Shown here piece by piece: positions 20,492 through 29,037 of a stretch of DNA of 37,685 nucleotides. Every line of letters starts with the position of its first letter. The stretch's first letter is position 1. The DNA lies in the NCBI GenBank assembly GCA_965648935.1, contig CBFGIY010000016.1, positions 1-37,685 on the forward strand, read 5' to 3'. This stretch comes from a candidate division WOR-3 bacterium (GTDB lineage Bacteria > Hydrothermota > Tepidihabitantia > Tepidihabitantales > Tepidihabitantaceae). A program made the position numbers and the translations under genes. A model generated the notes under the pieces. It did no database searches. It was not told where the DNA came from and was given only the letters and a program-made list of their open reading frames with translations.

Positions 20492-22081
20492 CTACCGCGC
20501 GATGAGCACCTTCCGGCCCGGCCGGCAAGCCCCGGCACCGGGCTCCCGCTCTATCACAAAGTAGACGCCCGGCGCAAGCCCGGCCAGGTTGTTCTCCCCG
20601 GACCTGAGTTTCATCACCTCGCGCCCGGTCGCATCCACAAGCCGCGGTTGCAGTGCGTCGCTCCCGGGCTGCCGGCCGATGCGCAGCACCCCGCGCACGA
20701 CGGTTGGTCCCGGCGATGCGTTGCTCGCCCACGCCGGCTCACCGGCTTTCACTCCCAGCAGCTCTCCCGGCACGAACTGCACCACAACCGGGTTCTCGGT
20801 CGCCTGGCCCTGCACCACAAATCCGGCCTCCACGTCCATCAGGTAGCGCACCGCGACAGTATCGCCGGGCATCACCACGTCGACTATCGACGGGAACCGG
20901 TGCGAGACCGTGTTGGAGTCGGTGATGCACAAGCCGGGCGTCCAGCTCAGTCCCCGGTCGTCAGACGCCGCCATCCAAACGCCGGCGCGCAACTGGCCGG
21001 TTCGCGGTTCGACATTACCCGGGTGGAACTGCTCCCACGCAATGAGCAGTCGGCCGCGGCCGTCCTGGCCGATGTTCGGCCGGGTCGCGTACAGCGCGTT
21101 GTAGCCGATACTGCCGGCGAGGCTGTCGCAATCAGTGCGGTGCACGAGGTTCCAGCGCGGGCTGTTGGCCGAGCACCAGTGGTAGATCGCCGCGGGCAGG
21201 ACGTAGGCTGTATCGTGCACGACCGGCATCACGCTCGCCACGATGTGAAGGTTGTTGTCCGAGTCGTAGTACGGACACAGCGAACTGATGTGAAACGAAG
21301 CGATCGTGTCCGGCCGGTACGGGTTAGGAATCGGCAGTTCTTCGGGCGGGCCCCAAGTCACGCCATCATCGGGTGATTCGCGGTAGAACCCCGGGTTGAC
21401 CGGCCCGGCTTCATCGGAGAATACCCAAGTAACGGCGACCCTGGTGCCGGAGCGCGACGCCGCGATGTTGTGGCACGGAAACATCGGGTCAGGCAGCGGC
21501 GGAGGAATCGCGACGGGCGGGTCCCAGTTGCACCAAGTGGCGGCGCGTGAGTAGTAGAGCCGGTCGCGCGTCGCGTCGCCCAGCAGCGCCAGGTGCAGCG
21601 TGCCTGTTCCGCTGACGGCCAGCACCGGCCCCAGGTATCCCTCCAGCTGCGGCTGGCCGGTGCAGTAATCGAATATCCCGGCCCCGGGCGCGACGTCACG
21701 GGCAACGGCCGGGTAAATGATACCCTGATGCGTGGAGAGCACGGCCCCGCCCGAGACAGGGTCGGCGCCCAAAGTGCCGAAGCCGGACCGCGCCCCGAAC
21801 ACGCCCATGCCCGACTGCATGAAGTTCGAGTCAATCCAGTTCCACCGCCGAGTCGCGAAGTCATAGAAGTTGTAACGCTCATTGCGGTCGGGATAGTTGT
21901 TCGGGTTTGAGGAATACAGCCAGGCAGCGTGCAGCCCGTATGGCTCTGAACAGACGAGGTGCCGGTACTGGGGCCCGCCCAACTGCCAGTCATAGACCGT
22001 GCCGCCGATGGTGTCCACCCGGCCGACGTAGCCGACCGCCGACCCGGACGAGAGCGCAATCACTACAGCCAGGCATCTCAT
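20492..22081 (-). CDS. Secreted protein with BNR/Asp-box repeats and C-terminal sorting domain
   Basis: Signal peptide; Asp-boxes SPDDGVTW and SDDRGLSW; C-terminal LVDATGREVMKL...LAPGVYFV; SD GAGG. Confidence 0.82.
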   Translation of the reverse strand: MRCLAVVIALSSGSAVGYVGRVDTIGGTVYDWQLGGPQYRHLVCSEPYGLHAAWLYSSNPNNYPDRNERYNFYDFATRRWNWIDSNFMQSGMGVFGARSGFGTLGADPVSGGAVLSTHQGIIYPAVARDVAPGAGIFDYCTGQPQLEGYLGPVLAVSGTGTLHLALLGDATRDRLYYSRAATWCNWDPPVAIPPPLPDPMFPCHNIAASRSGTRVAVTWVFSDEAGPVNPGFYRESPDDGVTWGPPEELPIPNPYRPDTIASFHISSLCPYYDSDNNLHIVASVMPVVHDTAYVLPAAIYHWCSANSPRWNLVHRTDCDSLAGSIGYNALYATRPNIGQDGRGRLLIAWEQFHPGNVEPRTGQLRAGVWMAASDDRGLSWTPGLCITDSNTVSHRFPSIVDVVMPGDTVAVRYLMDVEAGFVVQGQATENPVVVQFVPGELLGVKAGEPAWASNASPGPTVVRGVLRIGRQPGSDALQPRLVDATGREVMKLRSGENNLAGLAPGVYFVIEREPGAGACRPGRKVLIAR

Positions 22082-22249
22082 GTCAACCTCGCTTCAGGCC
22101 GCCCGCTGACTCTCCTTGAGTGACCCTGATATGATGCGCCTCGCCAGGCCGTCTGTCAATAGGCCAAGACACCCGTCATTCCGCCGGGCGGCTCCTCTTC
22201 ATCAGAATTAGGGCACTGCGCCATGGGCGACAACCGACCAGAGTCCGGC

Positions 22250-22441
22250 CGTCGCGCCGGACCTTGCAGCCGTCATGAGAGCGGCTCTTGCTGGCGCTAT
22301 CGACGGCAGGCTCAAGACATGGCTCAACAGCGACTTCGGCACGAAGTTTGCGAACGGGGTCAGACTGGCGCTCGAACCCCCTATCGCGCAAACACTTGCC
22401 TGAAAGCTCAGACCTCGCCTCGCCGCCGTGCTTGCCCACCG
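22250..22441. repeat. Highly degenerate 12-nt periodic tract (16 units)
   Basis: T at every 12th base from 22252 to 22432 (16/16), followed by pyrimidine-purine in 15/16 units. Confidence 0.65.
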
Positions 22442-22457
22442 TAAGGCCGTCGGCGCG

Positions 22458-22503
22458 CACTACAGGTTGACCCCGGGACTCACTCCCCCCTCAACCTGTA
22501 GTG
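22458..22503. repeat. Perfect 13-bp inverted repeat with 20-nt spacer
   Basis: CACTACAGGTTGA-N20-TCAACCTGTAGTG. Confidence 0.85.
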
Positions 22504-22613
22504 TCAGGCCGCAGTTCCAGTGAGACATCCCGCAGGCCTCTCTATGTGCAGCACGCGCCGGGCCGTTCGAGCGAAGCTTAGGCTCACCGTGTTGTGCCTC
22601 CTTTACCGACCAA

Positions 22614-22641
22614 TCCCGCCGGGGCAGAGGCCACGGCGGGA
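22614..22641 (-). terminator. Hairpin downstream of the mutase small-subunit gene
   Basis: TCCCGCCG-N12-CGGCGGGA, about 22 nt after the stop; weak U tract. Confidence 0.45.
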
Positions 22642-22663
22642 CTGATACTGCTGACCGCTCGAA

Positions 22664-23065
22664 CTACGCTCTGTCCGGGAACTTCTCCTTGAGGTAGGCC
22701 ACGATGTCGCCGGTGGGCGTGCCGGGACCGAAAAGCCGGCCGCAGCCCTGCCTGTACAGCTCTTCCATGTCCTCTTTCGGGATGATGCCGCCGCCGAAGA
22801 CGAGGATGTTACCCGCGCCCTTCTCCTTCAAGAGGCGCATCGTCTCAGGGAACAGCACCATGTGCGCGCCCGAGAGCACCGACAGCCCGACCGCGTCGAC
22901 ATCCTCCTGCACCGCGGCCTCGGCGATCATCTCCGGCGTCTGCTGCAGCCCGGTGTAGATGACCTCGAAACCGGCATCGCGCAATGCCCGCGCGACAACC
23001 TTGGCCCCGCGGTCGTGGCCATCGAGCCCGGGCTTGGCAACCAGAACCCGCAACTTCCTCGCCAT
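22664..23065 (-). CDS. Acyl-CoA mutase small (cobalamin-binding) subunit, IcmB-like
   Basis: [11 protein letters not shown] (DxHxxG), [24 protein letters not shown]. Confidence 0.93.
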   Translation of the reverse strand: MARKLRVLVAKPGLDGHDRGAKVVARALRDAGFEVIYTGLQQTPEMIAEAAVQEDVDAVGLSVLSGAHMVLFPETMRLLKEKGAGNILVFGGGIIPKEDMEELYRQGCGRLFGPGTPTGDIVAYLKEKFPDRA

Positions 23066-23087
23066 CTAGTCCTCCTGCCCTGTCAGA

Positions 23088-23122
23088 ACTGCCAACTGCT
23101 CACTTCTCACTGCTCACTCCCG
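23088..23122. repeat. Degenerate heptamer tandem repeat
   Basis: ACTGCCA ACTGCTC ACTTCTC ACTGCTC ACTCCCG. Confidence 0.7.
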
Positions 23123-24778
23123 TCAGAACATCGGCGGCTCGGCATATGTGCCGAACACTTCTTTCATCGCGCCGCAGATCTCACCGAGCGTTGCGTAAGC
23201 CCGCACCGCGTCCATCAGCGGATACATCACGTTGTCGGTTCCGGCGCAGGCGGCCTTGAGCGCCTCCAGCGTCTGCCTCACCCGGGCGTTGTCGCGTCTG
23301 GAGCGCAGGTCGGCCAGCCGCTCGCGCTGCTCCTGTTCGACCCGCGCGTCGATCTTCAGCAGCGGTATCTCGATTTTCTCGCCTTCCAGCAGGTACTTGT
23401 TGACGCCGACCATTGTCCGCTCGCCCCGCTCGAGCTGCTGCTGGTAGCGGAACGCCGCGTCGGCTATCTCGCGCTGCGGGAACCCGTGCTCGATCGCCTT
23501 CACCATACCGCCCAGCGCGTCGATCTTTCGGAAATACTCGTAGGCCTGCTTCTCAAGCTCGTTGGTCAGCGCCTCGACGAAGTACGAGCCGCCGAGAGGA
23601 TCGATGGTGTTCACCACGCCGGTCTCCTCGGCGATCAGCTGCTGTGTCCGCAACGCGATAAGCACCGCCTTCTCGGTGGGCAGGGCCCAGGTCTCGTCCA
23701 TCGAGTTGGTGTGCAGGCTCTGGGTGCCGCCGAGCACCGCGGCCAGCGCCTGGAACGCGGTGCGAACGATGTTGTTTTCAGGCTGCTGGGCCGTGAGCGA
23801 GCAGCCCGCGGTCTGGGTGTGAAACCGCAGCAGCCACGACTCCGGCTTCTTGGCGCCGTGCTTCTCACGCATCTCGCGCGCCCAGATGCGCCGGGCCGCG
23901 CGGTACTTGGCGATTTCCTCGAAGAAGTCGAGGTGCGAGTTGAAGAAGAACGACAGCCGCGGGGCAAAGCTGTCCACGTCGAGGCCAGCCGCTATGCCCG
24001 CCTCGACATAGGTCAGCCCGTCTTTCAAGGTGAACGCTAGCTCCTGGGCCGCGGTCGAGCCGGCTTCGCGGATGTGGTAGCCCGAGATGGAGATGGTGTT
24101 CCACTTGGGCACGTGCTGCGCGGCATAGGCCATGATGTCGGTGATGACGCGCATCGAAGGGGTCGGCGGAAACAACCACGACTTCTGGGCGATGTACTCC
24201 TTGAGCACGTCGTTCTGGATGGTGCCGCGCAGCTGCTCGCCTCGAACGCCCTGCTTCTCGGCCGCCGCGATGTAGAACGCCCAGACCACCGCGGCCGGCC
24301 CGTTTATCGTCATCGAGGTCGAGACCTCGGCCAGAGGAATGCCGTCGAAAAGGGTCTCCATATCGGCCAGCGAGCTGATGGCCACGCCGCACTTGCCGAC
24401 CTCGCCCCGCGCCATCGGGTCGTCCGAATCGCGGCCGTACAGCGTCGGAAAGTCGAACGCAACCGACAACCCGGTTTCGCCGTGTTCGAGCAGGAACTTG
24501 TAGCGCGCGTTCGTGTCACGGGCCGTCCCGAACCCGGAGAACATCCGCATCGTCCAGAGCCGGCCCCGGTACATGTTGCGCCTCACCCCGCGCGTGTACG
24601 GGTACTCGCCGGGCAGTCCGAGGTCGCGCGCATAGTCAAGGTCCGCGATGTCGACCGGGGTATAGAGGATGTCGACCGGCACGCCCGAAAGGGTGGCGTA
24701 CCGCTTCGGGTCGCCCGGGTCGGCGCACTCGCGCCAGCGCCTCAGTTCGTTCCGCAGCCTGTCTGAATCATCAGCCAT
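23123..24778 (-). CDS. B12-dependent acyl-CoA mutase large subunit, probably isobutyryl-CoA mutase (IcmA-like)
   Basis: [48 protein letters not shown]; start ATG 24778 after GGAGG. Confidence 0.9.
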   Translation of the reverse strand: MADDSDRLRNELRRWRECADPGDPKRYATLSGVPVDILYTPVDIADLDYARDLGLPGEYPYTRGVRRNMYRGRLWTMRMFSGFGTARDTNARYKFLLEHGETGLSVAFDFPTLYGRDSDDPMARGEVGKCGVAISSLADMETLFDGIPLAEVSTSMTINGPAAVVWAFYIAAAEKQGVRGEQLRGTIQNDVLKEYIAQKSWLFPPTPSMRVITDIMAYAAQHVPKWNTISISGYHIREAGSTAAQELAFTLKDGLTYVEAGIAAGLDVDSFAPRLSFFFNSHLDFFEEIAKYRAARRIWAREMREKHGAKKPESWLLRFHTQTAGCSLTAQQPENNIVRTAFQALAAVLGGTQSLHTNSMDETWALPTEKAVLIALRTQQLIAEETGVVNTIDPLGGSYFVEALTNELEKQAYEYFRKIDALGGMVKAIEHGFPQREIADAAFRYQQQLERGERTMVGVNKYLLEGEKIEIPLLKIDARVEQEQRERLADLRSRRDNARVRQTLEALKAACAGTDNVMYPLMDAVRAYATLGEICGAMKEVFGTYAEPPMF

Positions 24779-24850
24779 CAAGTCGCCTCCGCTCAAGGCA
24801 AGGCCTGCAACAAGGCATCGCCAGTCTGCAGTCTGACATCCGAATGAACT

Positions 24851-25813
24851 CTATTCTCTCAACCGGCTGAGCTCCAGTATCTGGTCCGCCGCTGCATACG
24901 GTGTCGATTCTCCGGACAGCGCGCGCTCCACCCCGTCCCGAAGCAGCGCCTGAACATCGGCTCGACCCCAGACCGACAAGCGCAGCCGCTCCTCAACAAT
25001 CGAACGCACGGTCGCGGCGACTCTGTCGGCGCGCCGCGCCCGGCGCAGGCCCTGCTCCTCCTGATGACGCCGGTGCCGCTCGACCGCGTCAAGCAGCTCG
25101 GCCACTCCCCGCTCGGCCGTGGCCACGGTCTTCTGCACCGGCGGGAACCAGCCGTCCGCGCGCGGCCTGAGCTCCAGCATCATCTCCAGTTCCATCGCGA
25201 GCCGGTCCGCGCCCTCGCGGTCCGATTTGTTGACGCAGAACACCGCGCCGATTTCCATCAGGCCGGCCTTCATCGTCTGGATGGCATCGCCCGACTCGGG
25301 CACGAGCACGACCACGGTCGTGTCCGCGGTGCCGGCCACGTCAAGCTCCACCTGGCCGACCCCGACAGTCTCGATGAGAATGAAGTCCAGCCCGAATGCG
25401 TCAAGCACTTCGCATGCCTCGCGCGTGCGCAGTGCGAGCCCGCCGAGCCCGCCGCGCGTCGCCATCGACCGGATGAACACGCCCGGGTCGGTGAACAGCG
25501 AGCTCATCCGCACCCGGTCACCGAGCAGAGCGCCGCCCGAGAAAGGCGAGGTCGGGTCAACCGCGACGACGCCGACGGTGCGGCCGCGCCGCCTGAGTAC
25601 GAGCGCCAGCTTCTCGACCAGAGTGCTCTTGCCCGCGCCGGGCGGGCCGGTGATGCCGACCCAGTAGCCGCGCCCGGTCAGCGGGTACAGCGCGTGCAGG
25701 ACATCGTGCGACTCGGGCCCGCCGTCCTCGACCAGCGATATCAGCCGGGCGCAGGCCAGCCGCGACCCGGCCCGGAACTCCCGGATCAGCGCCTCAGTAG
25801 TCGACGCCGACAC
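24851..25813 (-). CDS. meaB: MeaB/ArgK G3E GTPase, mutase chaperone
   Basis: GITGPPGAGKST, VDPTSPFSGGALLGDRVRM, ETVGVGQ, NKSD. Confidence 0.95.
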   Translation of the reverse strand: MSASTTEALIREFRAGSRLACARLISLVEDGGPESHDVLHALYPLTGRGYWVGITGPPGAGKSTLVEKLALVLRRRGRTVGVVAVDPTSPFSGGALLGDRVRMSSLFTDPGVFIRSMATRGGLGGLALRTREACEVLDAFGLDFILIETVGVGQVELDVAGTADTTVVVLVPESGDAIQTMKAGLMEIGAVFCVNKSDREGADRLAMELEMMLELRPRADGWFPPVQKTVATAERGVAELLDAVERHRRHQEEQGLRRARRADRVAATVRSIVEERLRLSVWGRADVQALLRDGVERALSGESTPYAAADQILELSRLRE

Positions 25814-26303
25814 GGCTGACGATACCGAGCTGATAAGGGTGCTTCACTTCCTTGACCTCGCTGACAAGCGCGGCGCGCTCGAGCAGGGCAGACTTCGCGT
25901 AGCGGCCGGTGATCACCAGCTCGGTTTCCGGCGGGCACGAATCGACCAGCGCCAGCACCTCATCCAGCGGTACCAGCGCGTAGTCGATGGCCACGTTCAG
26001 TTCGTCGAGAATCACCATATCGTAGCGGCCCGAGCCGACCGCCTTGACCGCGAGGTCAAGGCCGCGCCGCGCCTCGGCCAGGTCTTCCTTTGACGGATTG
26101 CCCTTCTCGACGAAAGTCGGCAGGCCGGTCTGGACCACTTCAAGCCCCCTGACCTGTTTCGCCGCGATGACCTCGCCATACGACGGGTCGCCCTTCATGA
26201 ACTGAATGACCAGCACCCGCCAGTCATGGCCGCAGGCACGCAGCGCGAGGCCGAAAGCGGCCGTGGTCTTGCCCTTGCCGTCGCCGGTGTAGACCTGCAG
26301 CAT
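25794..26303 (-). CDS. cobO: Cob(I)alamin adenosyltransferase, CobA/CobO/BtuR type
   Basis: YTGDGKGKTTAAFG, QFMKG, ILDELN, ITGR, KHPY. Confidence 0.93.
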   Translation of the reverse strand: MLQVYTGDGKGKTTAAFGLALRACGHDWRVLVIQFMKGDPSYGEVIAAKQVRGLEVVQTGLPTFVEKGNPSKEDLAEARRGLDLAVKAVGSGRYDMVILDELNVAIDYALVPLDEVLALVDSCPPETELVITGRYAKSALLERAALVSEVKEVKHPYQLGIVSRVGVDY

Positions 26304-26308
26304 CCCGC

Positions 26309-26815
26309 TTAACCGACGTCCGGGTCGAACTCGGGCCCGACCTTGGCCTTGAACAGCAGCTGGATCAGCGCGTTCCAGGTCTTGAAGGTGTATATCTCCC
26401 GCGCGATCGGCGCCGAAGCCATCATGGAAGAGACCGCGCCGTTCTCGCCCTGCGACAGGATGATGACCCGCAGCACTATATTGGCGATTGCCCAGCCCGA
26501 CGCGATGCCGAAGATGAAGCTGAAGAAACCGTCCAGCGACTGGAAGGTCCAGCCGGTGAGGCCGTACAGCCAGTAGCCGACAATGAACGCCAGCACCGCC
26601 AGCACCGCAAAAAGGACGATCAGCACGGTCGCGACCTGCATCCTGAGCATCTCGGCCAGTCCGCCGCAGAACTTGGTCGCCGCGACCGCGGCCGCGATCA
26701 GCCCGGCCGCATCAAACAGGGCGAGGCCCATGCCGCCGGCCTTGCTGGCCCGCACCGTCTCCGCGATCGCCACTACCACCACTATCCCCAGTGCCATCCA
26801 GTCAAACCACTGCAT
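26309..26815 (-). CDS. Four-TM membrane protein, CvpA-like
   Basis: N-terminal D-W plus four hydrophobic helices, SLDGFFSFIFG; SD AAAGGAG. Confidence 0.6.
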   Translation of the reverse strand: MQWFDWMALGIVVVVAIAETVRASKAGGMGLALFDAAGLIAAAVAATKFCGGLAEMLRMQVATVLIVLFAVLAVLAFIVGYWLYGLTGWTFQSLDGFFSFIFGIASGWAIANIVLRVIILSQGENGAVSSMMASAPIAREIYTFKTWNALIQLLFKAKVGPEFDPDVG

Positions 26816-26847
26816 AGCCGCTCCTTTCGCCGGGCGTGGCGCCCGAT

Positions 26848-27135
26848 CTAGATGCAGTCCGATTCATCGAGATTGTCGTAGTCGTCATCGCCGAAGTCGT
26901 CCATGCCCATATCGTCCGAGTCGGGCGTCGCGCCGCCCTCGTCCCCTGCATCGACCGAGTCATCGACATCGGTCTTCGACCCGGTCAGCAGCGTGAAGCG
27001 GGAGAAGACCTGATTCGCACGGGCGCTGCCGCACTTCGGACACTTGACCTTCAGACCCGCTTCCTTCTCGGCGAGCGAGGCGATGACGTCGAACTTCCGG
27101 CCGCAGCCGGCGCATTGGTATTCGTAAACAGGCAT
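26848..27135 (-). CDS. FmdB-family zinc-ribbon protein with Asp-rich tail
   Basis: MPVYEYQCAGCG...CPKCGS; SD GGAGG. Confidence 0.88.
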   Translation of the reverse strand: MPVYEYQCAGCGRKFDVIASLAEKEAGLKVKCPKCGSARANQVFSRFTLLTGSKTDVDDSVDAGDEGGATPDSDDMGMDDFGDDDYDNLDESDCI

Positions 27136-27153
27136 CTCTGACCTCCAGAATAC

Positions 27154-27232
27154 AGCATAAGGGTGCCAGAATCGCCGGCCAAGTCAACTCAGGATGCCGG
27201 CGGCTTGACCCGACCCGACCCGGGGTTATGCT
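27154..27232. promoter_or_regulatory. Divergent promoters of the fmdB operon and xerC
   Basis: Plus strand: TTGACC(27205-27210)-N16-TATGCT(27227-27232), 5 nt to GTG at 27238. Minus strand: TTGACTTGGCC...TATGCT(27159-27154). Confidence 0.7.
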
Positions 27233-27237
27233 CAAGC

Positions 27238-28137
27238 GTGAGCGTCCGCGAGTATCAGGAAAGGTTGGCCGAGTTCATCGGCCATCTCCGGGACCAGCGC
27301 CGCGCCTCGGCGCACACTGTGCGCTCTTACCGCGTCGACCTGACCCAGTTCTTTGACTTTCTTGAGGCCGAGCGCGGCGCGCGGCCGCTCTCGGCCCTCG
27401 AGCGCGCCGACGTCGCCGCGTTTCTCGGCTTCGTACTCGCCCACGGCTATGACCGCAGCTCGGCCGCGCGCAAGCTCTCGTCTGTCCGCACCTTCCTGCG
27501 CCGGGAGGCCCGGCTGGGCCGGCTGGCCGCGAACCCGGCTGTGGGGGTGCGCGGACCGCGCCCGAACGCTCGCCTGCCCGGCATCATCACCCAGGCGCAG
27601 GCCGGCGAGGCGTTCGCCGGCGACGCGCAGGGCGGGACCGCGATCCGCGAGCGCGCGATAATGGAAACCCTCTACGGCTCAGGCCTGCGCGCCGCGGAGC
27701 TCTGCGGACTCGACGCGACTGACATTGACTTCGAAAGCGACACATTGCGGGTGCGCGGCAAAGGCGAGAAGGAGCGCATCGTTCCCATCGGCCGCGCCGA
27801 ACGCGCCGCCCTGCAGCGCTACCTTGCCCTGCCCCGGCCGCCGAACGCGACCGCCCTGTTCCTGAACAACCGAGGGGGCCGTCTCTCGGTGCGCTCGATC
27901 GCCAAGATCGTGCATCGGGCGCTGTCGCGTGTTACCGGCATCGGCGCGACCAACCCGCACGCCCTGCGCCACGCGTTCGCCACGCACCTGCTCGAGCGCG
28001 GCGCGGACCTGCGCGCGGTTCAGGAACTGCTCGGCCACGCCTCCCTTTCCACGACCCAGGTCTACACCCACGTCACGGTCGAACGGCTCAAGCGGGTCTA
28101 CGACCGGGCGCATCCGCGCTCGGGCAAGAAAGACTGA
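27238..28137 (+). CDS. xerC: Tyrosine recombinase XerC
   Basis: SAHTVRSYRVDL, ARKLSSVR, SGLRAAEL, GKGEKERIVP, HALRHAFATHLL, LGHASLSTTQVYTH, HPR; start reassigned to GTG 27238. Confidence 0.9.
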   Translation: MSVREYQERLAEFIGHLRDQRRASAHTVRSYRVDLTQFFDFLEAERGARPLSALERADVAAFLGFVLAHGYDRSSAARKLSSVRTFLRREARLGRLAANPAVGVRGPRPNARLPGIITQAQAGEAFAGDAQGGTAIRERAIMETLYGSGLRAAELCGLDATDIDFESDTLRVRGKGEKERIVPIGRAERAALQRYLALPRPPNATALFLNNRGGRLSVRSIAKIVHRALSRVTGIGATNPHALRHAFATHLLERGADLRAVQELLGHASLSTTQVYTHVTVERLKRVYDRAHPRSGKKD

Positions 28138-28188
28138 CGCCTGCGGCCGGACCCACTCTGCCCTATCTGCGTGGATTATGTCTTGGAA

Positions 28189-29037
28189 CTAACGCAGGCG
28201 GTCAACCAGCCGGCCAAACAAGGCAGGGTCAAACTCGCGTGACGCCGGCGCGCCTGCCCGAAGGACGGGGTGCAGCGAGTCATAGCTCGGCCGGCTCGAC
28301 CGGTAGATGACGCCGATGGGTATCCGCATACCCCACTCCTGCGCAAGGCGCCACGCCGCGCCGCGGTCGGCCGGGTCGTGTCCCTCGACCTCGTACACGC
28401 GGTGGCTGTACCACTTGAACGTATTGACCTTGTTGAAGCTGACGCAGTTCTGCAGGACATGAACGAAGCTGAAGCCCGGATGCCGCACCGCCGCCTTGAT
28501 CATGTCGGCCAAATGGCGCGGCTTGCCTGAAAACCCGCGGGCCACGAAACCAGCATCCATCGCGACCGCCATCGCCACCGGGTTATAGGCCGGCTCGACT
28601 GAGCCCAGCGGCGTGGTACGGGTGATCGTGCCGAGCTCGCTGGTCGGCGATGTCTGCCCTTTGGTCAGGCCGTATATCTGGTTGTCGTGCACGATGTAGG
28701 TGATGTCGAGGTTGCGACGCAGCGCGTGCAGGAAGTGGTTGCCGCCTTCGGCAAAACCGTCGCCGTCACCGCCTTCTGCGAACACGACCAGGTCGGGATT
28801 GGCCAGCTTGATGCCTGTGGCCGCGGGCAGGGCGCGGCCGTGCAGGCCGTTGAACAGATTGCAGCGCATGTAATGCGGCGCCTTGGCGGCCTGGCCGATG
28901 CCTGAAGCGAAGCACACCTGCCACGGCTCCAGTTCCAGTTCGGCGAGAGCTGTAGTCACCGCCTCGCGCAGCGTGAAGTTGCCGCAGCCCGGACACCAGG
29001 CAATTGAGTCTCCGCTCTCGAAATCCTTCGGGTTCAA
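28189..29037 (-). CDS. korB: 2-oxoacid:ferredoxin oxidoreductase beta subunit (copy 1)
   Basis: WCPGCGNF, GLHGRALP, TPP motif GGDGD...DNQIYGLTKGQTSPT. Confidence 0.93.
   Translation of the reverse strand: MNPKDFESGDSIAWCPGCGNFTLREAVTTALAELELEPWQVCFASGIGQAAKAPHYMRCNLFNGLHGRALPAATGIKLANPDLVVFAEGGDGDGFAEGGNHFLHALRRNLDITYIVHDNQIYGLTKGQTSPTSELGTITRTTPLGSVEPAYNPVAMAVAMDAGFVARGFSGKPRHLADMIKAAVRHPGFSFVHVLQNCVSFNKVNTFKWYSHRVYEVEGHDPADRGAAWRLAQEWGMRIPIGVIYRSSRPSYDSLHPVLRAGAPASREFDPALFGRLVDRLR

Noticed and set aside
22401..22403. In-frame TGA as selenocysteine or recoding
   Set aside because: No redox motif or selenoprotein homology; other genes here use TGA as a normal stop
22250..22503. CRISPR array
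   Set aside because: No conserved 23-47 nt repeats with unique spacers and no cas genes
27238..28137. Tyrosine recombinase as a prophage or island integrase
   Set aside because: Size and motifs match housekeeping XerC/D; no adjacent tRNA, att repeats or phage genes
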